Assembly: GCA_945787565.1 (NCBI GenBank)
Contig: CALZIE010000001.1
Span: 1-63,930 of the forward strand
Direction: 5' to 3'
Source: an uncultured Lachnospiraceae bacterium
GTDB lineage: Bacteria > Bacillota > Clostridia > Lachnospirales > Lachnospiraceae
DNA: 63,930 bases
Positions within the stretch are counted from its first letter, which is position 1. Each line of letters starts with the position of its first letter. The notes beneath the pieces were generated by a model. The model was not told the origin of the DNA. It did not search any database and saw only the letters and a program-made list of their open reading frames with translations. Position numbers and translations under genes: made by a program. Positions 20,756 to 30,014 of the stretch are shown here, one piece after another.

Positions 20756-20858
20756 TTAGCGCGTTTGGATCTCTGTTTTTTTCCAGGTGGCAAATGACTT
20801 CTTGGAGAGAGAACTTCATTTTTTTATGGTGAAAAAAACAGAGATCCAAACGCGCTAA
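20756..20858. repeat. perfect 28-bp inverted repeat with 47-bp spacer
   Basis: TTAGCGCGTTTGGATCTCTGTTTTTTTC (20756-20783) and its exact reverse complement (20831-20858). Confidence 0.95.
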
Positions 20859-20862
20859 TTCA

Positions 20863-23394
20863 TCAATAAGACACTCCTTCCGATATCTGATAGCCATACC
20901 CCTCTATTTGTTCTAATTCTCGATTAAATACATAAGGAATTCTTAGAAACAGCTGCGGCATAGTCAAGGTGCATTCGGCTTCATAACCGTATACACAGTT
21001 GGATATTAAAAATCCCTCCTCATATTCGATCTGTAGATTCGCCTGAATCAGATCCATGGCTCGATAACTCTGTTTGCTCCCATTTGATATATATAGAAAG
21101 AACTTCAGATACTCATCATAATTAAAAGATAATGCCTGCTCCTTTTCCTTATACTCTTTTCCTTTTGTCTTAATCTTTTCTTTTGTCATCTTAAATAATT
21201 CCTCAAAATCCACTTGGAAACTGTCCTTGGTTGGAAGGAACACAACCTTCTTTTCTTGTATCAATGCAGAGACTTCCACCAACGCCTCTTCAAATGCCCA
21301 TATAAAAAGCGTTATATATTTTACTGCTGCAATTAGGAAGGATAAGCCGGTAAATCCTACAACCGATGCTGCAAATGTTGCAGCCTCACTCTTCTTCTTA
21401 GAATCCGTCACTACGTGTACCAGATTCATAAGCGTCCTCACTAAAATAAGCTTTGATGCCATCGCTTTTACATTATCTGCATCATTTGCCTTTCCAAATA
21501 AGATGTATTCTAATTCATACTGCATCGTCTGAGATGGCTTATACTGTTCTGACATATACTCCGTAAAATGACCATCTAAATACCCTAAAAACAATAAATC
21601 CTCTGCCAGTTCCTCTACTATGTTATCTCCATATAAATCAGCATCAAATAAACTTTCTGAAAGTGTAGCAAAGGATCGCCCGCCTTCCTCTTTTTGATTA
21701 ATTGTGTCCTTGATCTGCTGCTCATCCTGAATTTCCTCTTCTTGGATTCCCATTAGATTCGTCGGAAGATAAATCTGATCTAACTCTCCATCTGCAAGAG
21801 AATCTGTATCCATAACCAGACTGGCAAGCCCGCTATTAATGAGTTTTTTCACCGTTTCTTTTATTGAGTTCTCTTCCTTTTCAAGAATAAGGCCAGAATA
21901 ATCAAAAGCAAGATCTTCAATCTCATAATTTCGATACTTATTTGCGAGGGCATCTATGCTTGACTGCACAGATGCATCCGTCATATGCTCAATCTTAGAA
22001 AGTTCACCTGCATTTAAGCTCTTTAGAATATCTTTATCTTCTTCAAGTGCCTTCTCAAACAAAGAAACGTTCTTTATGATTCCAAAGCTGGATTTTGCTT
22101 CACTGGTATACTCCCTAATCTCCTGAACTCCTTCCATCAATCCATCATAATACTCCTCACTTACCCTATCTTTCTGCTCTTCATAGGTTTCTTCTAATGT
22201 ATCTGCCTCCTCCCTTGCAGATGTTCTAAGCGCCTTAATCTCTCCTAATATCTGCTCTGCTGTTTCAATTTTCTCAATCAACGCTTCATTTCTGTCTCTT
22301 AACCTACCTGCCTCTATCGTTACCATCTGAATGCACTCTCTCATGGAATGTGAGATATTATCAAGTATTGTATCGTACTCCGACAGTTGCATTTCATAAG
22401 CGTCTATTATGCCCTCATTCTCTGTTGCTTCCTCTCCTGCTTCTCCACCATCTCCCTCTCCTTCACCCTCCTCTCCTTGAGGGAGGCTTTGCAAAAAACT
22501 TATGTACTCTTGGTAAATCTGATCCCGCTCTGCCTGTGCACTTTCATATTCTTCCCGATAGATTTTGTATTGCTCTACGTATTCTGTCATCGTATCTGCC
22601 ACACTCTGCGGATCTAAATAGGAACCTTTCATTTCATTGAATATCTTCTCATGATTGGTTGCCACACTCTCCATTGTCACAAAATGCCCTGAGACAAATT
22701 TTTTTACAAAATTATCATTATGACTAAGTCCCTTGATTATTCCATAATCCACACCATATTCATCGGTACAGATTCCCTCTACTGTTTCCATAAGCTGCAA
22801 CATAAGGGCATCCGCCCTAGCAAGCTTATTCTCTACATTGACTCTTTCATTCAGAAGATAGGTCACTGTTTCACTTTCCTTTACCAGATGAAATCCATCT
22901 AAGATACTAAGTGTGGCATCTGCGAGAATCTGATATTTCATGTAGGCAATGGCCTGCTTTCGAAACAATTCCCCATCATAACTAAGAAGCGTTGTATAAT
23001 CTGTGATTGTCACATCCTTAAGCGATGGTTTGCAAAGAAGAAAATTTTCTTCTTTTACCCTAAGTTGTTTCGAAATAGCAGGATCAAAACTATAATTGGC
23101 ATATTTCTTAATCTCTTTTTCCATCTCTTCACCATAGAAAAGACCGTCATAATCATCTTGTTTTAGAGCAAAAACATGATAATTTTCATATAAGGGTTCA
23201 TAATAATCTGCCAGTACCGACTGCATCGCATCTAACATAACCCGCTCAGAATATATTGTTGCAGCACTGACTCTTGCGGTCTCAATCATAGCGGATACTA
23301 AGGATAATATGAGACAGATTGTTAGGGAAAGAAAAATTGTGATTGCTCCGCTGCATTCCTTCTCATATTGCTTCGTCTTACTAAAATTCACCAA
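20863..23394 (-). CDS. large TadG-like pseudopilin with DUF5702-like C-terminal domain
   Basis: G|AITIFLSL prepilin-like N-terminus, coiled-coil core, YELEYILFG and RAMDLIQ motifs. Confidence 0.75.
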   Translation of the reverse strand: MVNFSKTKQYEKECSGAITIFLSLTICLILSLVSAMIETARVSAATIYSERVMLDAMQSVLADYYEPLYENYHVFALKQDDYDGLFYGEEMEKEIKKYANYSFDPAISKQLRVKEENFLLCKPSLKDVTITDYTTLLSYDGELFRKQAIAYMKYQILADATLSILDGFHLVKESETVTYLLNERVNVENKLARADALMLQLMETVEGICTDEYGVDYGIIKGLSHNDNFVKKFVSGHFVTMESVATNHEKIFNEMKGSYLDPQSVADTMTEYVEQYKIYREEYESAQAERDQIYQEYISFLQSLPQGEEGEGEGDGGEAGEEATENEGIIDAYEMQLSEYDTILDNISHSMRECIQMVTIEAGRLRDRNEALIEKIETAEQILGEIKALRTSAREEADTLEETYEEQKDRVSEEYYDGLMEGVQEIREYTSEAKSSFGIIKNVSLFEKALEEDKDILKSLNAGELSKIEHMTDASVQSSIDALANKYRNYEIEDLAFDYSGLILEKEENSIKETVKKLINSGLASLVMDTDSLADGELDQIYLPTNLMGIQEEEIQDEQQIKDTINQKEEGGRSFATLSESLFDADLYGDNIVEELAEDLLFLGYLDGHFTEYMSEQYKPSQTMQYELEYILFGKANDADNVKAMASKLILVRTLMNLVHVVTDSKKKSEAATFAASVVGFTGLSFLIAAVKYITLFIWAFEEALVEVSALIQEKKVVFLPTKDSFQVDFEELFKMTKEKIKTKGKEYKEKEQALSFNYDEYLKFFLYISNGSKQSYRAMDLIQANLQIEYEEGFLISNCVYGYEAECTLTMPQLFLRIPYVFNRELEQIEGYGYQISEGVSY

Positions 23395-23761
23395 CTAACT
23401 CACCAATTCTCCTAACAATATCTGTTAACGTTGCTCCGATTGCTGTCCGGAATACAATTACCAGTCCAATTAATACAACGATAATGAGTACAATCTCAAT
23501 AACCCCCATTCCACGATTATCCTCTGCCATTACAACTTCCTCGGTGGCTGCTTCCTGCATTGATTCCTCCAGATAATTCTCTTTCATAACACATTCTTCC
23601 TCTCCCATTTCTTCTCCTCGCATCTCTTCCATCTCTAACTCCATCCTTTCTTCATATCCCCATTCACTGCCCTTCATTTCTTCATACTCCTCTGCTACTT
23701 CCATCCAGCCTTCTTCCCTATCTCTTTCTAACATCGTAACTGCTTCTTCTACTACTCTCAT
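23381..23761 (-). CDS. flp: Flp1-family type IVc pilin with long acidic leader
   Basis: DNRG|MGVIEIVLIIVVLIGL cleavage motif with E+5. GGAGGG RBS 7 nt before ATG 23761. Confidence 0.85.
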   Translation of the reverse strand: MRVVEEAVTMLERDREEGWMEVAEEYEEMKGSEWGYEERMELEMEEMRGEEMGEEECVMKENYLEESMQEAATEEVVMAEDNRGMGVIEIVLIIVVLIGLVIVFRTAIGATLTDIVRRIGELVGEF

Positions 23762-23773
23762 ATTTATACCCTC

Positions 23774-25303
23774 CTATATTCCAAATGATAAAAATGCCGG
23801 TACCATAATTAAAATCATTACAAGAATAAGCATCCCCATCATGGGTCCTAATAGCTTCGTTCCTGCCTTCTCCCCCATCTGTCGGATAAAATCTTTCCGA
23901 CTTTCATAAGCTGTCTTTGCCTCTAGTTCTAGCATTGGCACGATTCCCTTGGTTCCTTTCTTCATATTCTGAACCACAATCGTACTAAATCTTAAATAGC
24001 AGATCAGCCGGCACCGTCTTCCAAACTCCTCAATTGCCACTCCCTCAGAAATCCCTGCCTTAATCTGACTAAGCATATATAGAATTTCCTCATAAACATA
24101 ATGAAGCTGCTCTTCTTTTTTTCCCTCTTTCTTCTTATTTTTCTTACTTTTCTTCTTATCCTCTTTTTTGGGATCTTCACCAACCCGAGATGTCTTATAA
24201 TCCATTCCAATTCGCTCAAATGCTGCAATCGGTGTCATTCCTGCATTTAAAAGAAGCGTGAACTTGCTTACCATTTCGGGATAATCAAGTAAAAGCTGTT
24301 CTTCTCGCCTTTCCTTTCCCTCCTTTATCTTTTCTTCATACGCTAACTTTACAAAAAATGCTGCAATCACTCCCATTCCAAATAAAAGTGCTGCTTTTTC
24401 TTCTTTTTCAATGGAAAATAGGATTCTTGCTTCTCCAACTGTATCGGGAAGGTTCATTGTATCCTCCGTTCGAGACTCCTCCTCACTTTTTATCAGTGCT
24501 TCCTCGATCTGTTTATACTGTATTTCCTCTTTTGTATACTCTTTTGGAAGAATATGAATGCCAAATGTATGATACCGTTTATCCTCAAAGTAAGTTAATG
24601 TTGCTGTCAAAAGTACATCCACACCTTCCTTTGGAACATCCTCATTAAGCAGAGTCCCATCTAAGCCCACATAATCGGAAGGCTCCATTGCCCAGCTGAT
24701 GGTCATATTGCTATCCGGTATACTTTTAATCAAATTCAGGTTCTGGCTTACTTCATAAGTGGATACATTCTCCCCTAACACCATCTCCTTTATATAAAGA
24801 TATACCGTCTCGTAATACTCCTCTAATTCTTCTCCCTGCAGACGCTTTTCACTGACTGTAAATGGAATCTGACTCTTCACCCCGTCCTCTGTCTCAAACC
24901 ACAGGGTAATATCCTGCTTTCCTTCTCCTTCCTTTGGTCTTTCCAATGCGGTTATATACTCTTTACTTCCTTCCTGTCTTTCCTTTATCGTAAGAATGAA
25001 CGAAAACACCAAAAATATATAGAATATTGCAAACATAGCTGAAATACACTGATAGGCATGCTCTCTTTTAACTTTCTCCTTATTCTCATTAACATAAAGG
25101 GATAAGAGTGCCTCATCTTGTTTTAATCCTTTTTTCTTAGAATGGATCTGCTGATACAGCTGATAAAGATATCCTGATATGGGATATAGAAATAAAAGCG
25201 GGTTCCTGCTTTTATCAAAAGATTTTGCTTCTTCCTTTCTGCCTCTTGTCATCACAAAAAGAAGAATGCCTGCTGCTAATAGAATGATTTCTATAACTAA
25301 CAA
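23774..25303 (-). CDS. tadC: TadC-like platform protein (T2SSF) with extracellular insert
   Basis: DYPEMVSKFTLLLNAG...GEKAGTKLLGPM T2SSF domain. Confidence 0.8.
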   Translation of the reverse strand: MLVIEIILLAAGILLFVMTRGRKEEAKSFDKSRNPLLFLYPISGYLYQLYQQIHSKKKGLKQDEALLSLYVNENKEKVKREHAYQCISAMFAIFYIFLVFSFILTIKERQEGSKEYITALERPKEGEGKQDITLWFETEDGVKSQIPFTVSEKRLQGEELEEYYETVYLYIKEMVLGENVSTYEVSQNLNLIKSIPDSNMTISWAMEPSDYVGLDGTLLNEDVPKEGVDVLLTATLTYFEDKRYHTFGIHILPKEYTKEEIQYKQIEEALIKSEEESRTEDTMNLPDTVGEARILFSIEKEEKAALLFGMGVIAAFFVKLAYEEKIKEGKERREEQLLLDYPEMVSKFTLLLNAGMTPIAAFERIGMDYKTSRVGEDPKKEDKKKSKKNKKKEGKKEEQLHYVYEEILYMLSQIKAGISEGVAIEEFGRRCRLICYLRFSTIVVQNMKKGTKGIVPMLELEAKTAYESRKDFIRQMGEKAGTKLLGPMMGMLILVMILIMVPAFLSFGI

Positions 25304-25318
25304 AATACTCCCCCTGTT

Positions 25319-26056
25319 TTATTCCGCTATTGCTGTTATATGCTCCATCCACTTTGAAAACAGCACATAAATAATAAGCATTAGCGTCATAAAGATAATT
25401 CCAAAGCTGCCTTCATATAAGACAGACATCATATTCTTTGAAGTCATATTCATATACAATAAAATCCCTAGTGGAACGATTTTCATAATATTGGCTTCTA
25501 ACTGTTTCTCCGTAATCATAGTCTGAATCTCTCTTCTCATCTCTACCTTATCCATAATCGTATTGCTGGTAGTCCGGATGATTTTTATAATATCCCCCCC
25601 TGTTCTCTTTGCTGTAATAAATACCTCTGTAAAGCTAAACACATCCTCATCCCTTGTTCTTACTGCCATCTGCATAAATGCGTCCTCCAATGTCACATGA
25701 TCCTTTAGCTGCATTGTAATCCGGTTTAGTTCTCCTATAATCGGAGCATCCTCCTCATACATTAGCTTTAAGTCTGTAACCGCATATGAAATGCAATTTT
25801 CAATGGCATATCCGGCTTCTAAGGAAGCTGCGATGCAGTGAATTGCATCTTTAAACTGGATGCCAAACTGCATTCTCTTCTTTTTAAGAAGTCCCTCTTT
25901 TTGCTTTTTAATAAAATAAAGACTAAAAGGCAGTAGACAAAGAATACCGATGAAGCTCTGATAAAACAAATAACCGCAGATTATGCAGATTCCGATTCCA
26001 TATAGAATGCATAGGCCAAACTCCTTTTTTGACAGCTTGAATTCCAGTTCGTCCAC
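25319..26056 (-). CDS. tadB: TadB-like platform protein (T2SSF)
   Basis: SLEAGYAIEN and AKRTGGD motifs. GTG start after AAGGAG (ORF track extends to 26086). Confidence 0.82.
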   Translation of the reverse strand: MDELEFKLSKKEFGLCILYGIGICIICGYLFYQSFIGILCLLPFSLYFIKKQKEGLLKKKRMQFGIQFKDAIHCIAASLEAGYAIENCISYAVTDLKLMYEEDAPIIGELNRITMQLKDHVTLEDAFMQMAVRTRDEDVFSFTEVFITAKRTGGDIIKIIRTTSNTIMDKVEMRREIQTMITEKQLEANIMKIVPLGILLYMNMTSKNMMSVLYEGSFGIIFMTLMLIIYVLFSKWMEHITAIAE

Positions 26057-26069
26057 ACTCTGCTCCTTT

Positions 26070-27281
26070 CTAGACAAGTCCTGCACGTATCAGCTTCTGA
26101 CGCTGAATCAGAGCATGTCCTGTCTTTTTAAGACTTCCTATCACCTTTCCATTCGGTCCTTCTCCATCTTCTTCGAAATGATAAAGAGTATTTAACTCAA
26201 TCTCCCCGTCAACACAATCAAGTACCTCTACAATCTCAAGCACCCGCCTTGACTTATCACGAAGTCTTCCAAGATGGATGATAATATCAATTGCTGAACC
26301 GATCTGCTTTCTTACTGCAAGTAAAGGAATATCCGCTCCTAAAAGAACCATCGTCTCCAGTCTTGCAAGCATATCAGCAGGTGAATTAGAATGCCCGGTA
26401 CTCATTCCGCAATGCCCGGTGTTCAGTGCCTGCAACATGTCAATGCTTGAAGCATCCCGGACCTCACCAACTACGATCCGATCAGGCCGCATTCGAAGAG
26501 ATGACTTAATTAAGTCTCGAATTGAAATTGCATTCTTTCCTTCCACATTAGCATTCCTTACTTCTAACCGAACCAGATTCGGAATATTTCTAAGCTGTAG
26601 TTCTGCTGAATCCTCGATTGTGATTACTCTCTCCTCCTGCGGTATGAAGTTTGATAATGCATTAAGAAAGGTTGTCTTGCCTGACCCGGTGCCTCCACTG
26701 ATAAAGATATTGTATCCGGCAATTACGAGCTTCTTTAGAAAATTTGCTGCTTCCTCTGTTAACGACTGGTATGCAATTAACTTCTCCATCGTCATGGTCT
26801 CCTTCGGAAACTTTCGGATTGTGACAATCGGTCCTTCCAGTGCGATTGGCGGAAGGACAATATTGACTCGAGAACCATCCTCCAGTCTGGCATCTACAAT
26901 CGGATTCGCCTCATTAATCATACGGTTCGCCCCAGCTACAATATGCTGTATGATATCTTCTAGCTTCTTTCTAGAATCAAAGGAACCTTCCCATCTGCTA
27001 ATTCTTCCTTCCCGCTCAATAAATATGCTGCTTGCTCCATTAATCATAATTTCTGTAATGGATGGATCCTCTAACAGTTCCTGTAGCACATCAAGCCTCC
27101 TGATGGAATTAAAAATATCCCTTCGAAACTTCTGCTTTTCCTTCATACTTAAGAAACGTTCCCTGCTTTGATTCTTTATCTCTTCATCAATAATATCAAG
27201 CAGCTCCTCATCACTAAGCTCTCTTGAATAATCAACCTTCTCTTTTATTCTTTCCTGCAGCTCCCCTTTGATTGCATTCAT
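26070..27281 (-). CDS. cpaF: CpaF/TadA pilus assembly ATPase
   Basis: Walker A GGTGSGKT, Asp box TIEDSAEL, LRMRPDRIVVGEVR, His boxes. Confidence 0.93.
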   Translation of the reverse strand: MNAIKGELQERIKEKVDYSRELSDEELLDIIDEEIKNQSRERFLSMKEKQKFRRDIFNSIRRLDVLQELLEDPSITEIMINGASSIFIEREGRISRWEGSFDSRKKLEDIIQHIVAGANRMINEANPIVDARLEDGSRVNIVLPPIALEGPIVTIRKFPKETMTMEKLIAYQSLTEEAANFLKKLVIAGYNIFISGGTGSGKTTFLNALSNFIPQEERVITIEDSAELQLRNIPNLVRLEVRNANVEGKNAISIRDLIKSSLRMRPDRIVVGEVRDASSIDMLQALNTGHCGMSTGHSNSPADMLARLETMVLLGADIPLLAVRKQIGSAIDIIIHLGRLRDKSRRVLEIVEVLDCVDGEIELNTLYHFEEDGEGPNGKVIGSLKKTGHALIQRQKLIRAGLV

Positions 27282-27315
27282 CTCATCCCCTCCTTTGCTA
27301 CCTCCTCTCTAGCCT

Positions 27316-28293
27316 TTAAACATCTTGGCTTATGAACCTCCTTGTAAACTCCCCTAACGGTGATAAAAGCAGTGACTTAATCTGCAACTCCTCACCTTCT
27401 ATCTCTGCTTCCGGCATGCTAACCGTACGTATGTATTCTGCTTTCTCTTTCGGAATACTCTGTAACAGCTGTCTTTCTAGCTGATTATCCCTCCTTTCAT
27501 AGCTAGAATTCGGATACGCAAGTTTATAAACCACATCACATCCAAGTAATGCCTCCTCCATCAAACAGGTCCCACATCCAAAATCCAAAACGATCACATC
27601 ATGTTCCTCATCCTCAAGTAAAACCTCCATTAAAAGTCTGCATTCTTTTTCTGTCATCTCAAATAAATCTGTGTAATGCTCACATCCTGCAATCAGGTCA
27701 ATACCTTCCCGCCTTCTCATACAGCTTCCAAGCTTTTGTGCAAATATCCCTTTTCCCTGCTTGCTATAATAAATTAGTTCACTGATACCATACCAGTCTT
27801 CCTCTGCTGTAAAAAGCATCCCATCATAAAATGGATTCATACTTAAGAGAAGTACATTTTTCTCCTTCCCATAACATGCAGCCATCAGTTCCGGCATAAT
27901 AGAACGAAAACAGCCTTCATACGGAGAGAATATTCCTACTATCTGCTTTTTCTTATTCTCCTCTGCCTTCTTATACATCCTGGCTTCATTGCTCTTTTTT
28001 CCAATCTGCTCGATGATCTGCTTTGCGGACTGATACATGAAAATCTGATCATCCTCTTCTGCTGGTGCATCTGTCAGGTATAAAATCTTCTCCGTCTTAA
28101 CAGAAAACTTTCCCTTATATGCTTCATTGCATAGCAGTAATGTAACTGCATTCTCATTTTCATAAGCAAGAAACAGTTCCGCCTCTGAAAATGCAAGGAT
28201 ATCGTAAAAAAAGCTGTCCTGATTCTTCATGTATTCCATAAGCTTCTCAACATAAGCCTTATCGTTGTGAAGTATGGCTATTATCTTTTTCAT
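27316..28293 (-). CDS. CpaE/TadZ-like protein (receiver-like plus degenerate MinD/ParA domain)
   Basis: First gene of the tad cluster. IFMYQS, GIFSP, VLLLSM and VIVLD motifs. Start after AAGGAGG. Confidence 0.65.
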   Translation of the reverse strand: MKKIIAILHNDKAYVEKLMEYMKNQDSFFYDILAFSEAELFLAYENENAVTLLLCNEAYKGKFSVKTEKILYLTDAPAEEDDQIFMYQSAKQIIEQIGKKSNEARMYKKAEENKKKQIVGIFSPYEGCFRSIMPELMAACYGKEKNVLLLSMNPFYDGMLFTAEEDWYGISELIYYSKQGKGIFAQKLGSCMRRREGIDLIAGCEHYTDLFEMTEKECRLLMEVLLEDEEHDVIVLDFGCGTCLMEEALLGCDVVYKLAYPNSSYERRDNQLERQLLQSIPKEKAEYIRTVSMPEAEIEGEELQIKSLLLSPLGEFTRRFISQDV

Positions 28294-28436
28294 GCCATCT
28301 GCCTTCCTCCTTATACCACTCATATGATTTTTTTAACAAGGAAATAATCCGGATCTCGGATCTTGCGAAATAGAAATAATAAGAAAATCCGCCAAAGCCC
28401 TGTATCTGTAAGCTCTGTCAGTTTTAAGATAGTGTT

Positions 28437-28465
28437 ATCATAACGCAGCTCCTTTGTGTTGTCAA
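28437..28465 (-). promoter_or_regulatory. sigma-A promoter of the tad operon
   Basis: TTGACA, 17 bp, TATGAT. Confidence 0.7.
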
Positions 28466-28586
28466 TGTTTGGAAGGCTTGTTTTTTTAACTTCATGATTA
28501 TGCTTAAGCTTCTATTTTTTTTTCAGCTTAATGACGAAAAATACGATCCAGTTTCGTCATCTGACCTCACTGAATCGTATCTTTTT

Positions 28587-28862
28587 TTATACAAAATAAC
28601 GAAAGAAAAAACTGCTTCCATATAGAAGAAGAATCCCTGGCACTCCTAAAAAAGCAGATACTCCGATTGTAATAGCATTGATTCCAACTCCGGATATCAT
28701 CTGCCTGCTGTCTAAAACCGTATTCACCAGATAAAGAATCGCAATTCCAAGCACCGCCCGTAAAATCACATTCATCATTTTCTGGGTTCTAGCCCTGCAT
28801 AATCCAACTAATAGAATTATAATCAATATACCTGATATGCCATAAATAATATACTCCCTCAT
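28587..28862 (-). CDS. bofA: pro-sigmaK processing inhibitor BofA family protein
   Basis: Small hydrophobic protein with VGINAIT...LGVPG. Confidence 0.8.
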   Translation of the reverse strand: MREYIIYGISGILIIILLVGLCRARTQKMMNVILRAVLGIAILYLVNTVLDSRQMISGVGINAITIGVSAFLGVPGILLLYGSSFFFRYFV

Positions 28863-29136
28863 TTTTCTTTTTCCTTCCCACAAGGTTTGTCTTACCATAT
28901 CATATTCTTTTCCTTACCTGTTTATGAATGCATTTCCTGTGCTTCATCATGCACCTGAGAATATAGCTAAACTCTCTCTTAGGTCTTCCTATTTTTTCAA
29001 AAAAGCGTTATAATAAGTTGTATACAGTTTCCATTTTATGACTATAATATAAACAATTCACACGCTGATAGCATTACTTCTTGTGTATACTAAACTCTTT
29101 TATCCCGTCCATACATATTTTTCAAGAAAGGTAGGA

Positions 29137-29367
29137 ATGCCCATGAGCATGTTTCATAAAAAACATGACCGGAAAGATGATTCACTCATTCGCGAGATAA
29201 AAAATACACAACGCGCACTCGAAGCCGCTTATGCTCACTTTAATAATGTTTTAGATCCAGATCTGATTGACTGCAGCATCTATGAACTCAATGCGATCCA
29301 GCTTCGCTACAAATTCTTATTAAAGCAGGCAAAGAATGCAGAACATTACTCAGCTATCAACATATAA
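29137..29367 (+). CDS. yaaL: YaaL/DUF2508 family protein
   Basis: FNNVLDPDLIDCSIYELNA...YKFLLKQAK. Confidence 0.82.
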   Translation: MPMSMFHKKHDRKDDSLIREIKNTQRALEAAYAHFNNVLDPDLIDCSIYELNAIQLRYKFLLKQAKNAEHYSAINI

Positions 29368-29567
29368 TCCAACTTAAAATCAGGAAAAGCACTTTTAATC
29401 GCCCCTTTCCTGATTCAACTCTTACATGAAGAAGGACAGCATATAAGGATTCTGCCTAATCTCTCTGCAGTTTTTCCTTATATACTGTCCCTTTTTTAAT
29501 TACGCGTAACTCTTGTATTCCTTTTGATCCATGTCTTTGCAGCTCTATCCTTTTTCGTTATGATACC

Positions 29568-30014
29568 CTACTTTAATATTACAATCGAATATGGCGGAAG
29601 CGTCACTTCTTCTTGATTTAGTGTGACTTCCGTTCCATCTGCTGACAGATACCCTCTTATCCCTTCATACTTATGCTCTGCTTTGGACACCGTTATGGTT
29701 TTTGTGTCCGTTTTTGAAAAATTATAAAGCATAAGAATCGTACTGCCCTCATACGTCTTTTCTATGGCACAAACATCAGTATCCTCTATTTCCTCCATAT
29801 AGGAAATGATTCCTCTTGCGATTTCTGGATTCTCATTACGGATTCGAATGGCACGTCTATAAAAGTTATAGATGGAGTCCTGATCTGCTATCTGCTCCTC
29901 CACCGATTTAAAAGAATGCACTACATTCTCCATTTTTTCTGGTCCCTTGGTCATACCAGAAAAATCGGTAGTGCTCCAGTACATCGGGGCTCTTTTATTT
30001 TCATCGATTCCGCT
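29568..30014 (-). pseudogene. C-terminal remnant of a GH13 alpha-amylase-family gene
   Basis: The frame reads stop-SGIDENKRAPMYW...SIYNFYRRAIRIR...LPPYSIVILK, matching the end of a GH13 barrel plus C domain. The catalytic core and a credible start are absent. Confidence 0.75.

Noticed and set aside
26278-27171. 297-aa plus-strand ORF
   Set aside because: It is an antisense shadow of cpaF, with no RBS or recognisable motifs.
28294-28436. c-di-GMP riboswitch or Xer-like site in the tad leader
   Set aside because: No GGCAAA/GCAAAG-type class I or class II hallmarks are visible, and the palindrome near 28395-28417 is too weak.
28531-28587. Two mutually exclusive hairpins after bofA as a switch
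   Set aside because: The alternative stem needs sequence beyond the U-tract, so it cannot act as an antiterminator. It is most simply a terminator.
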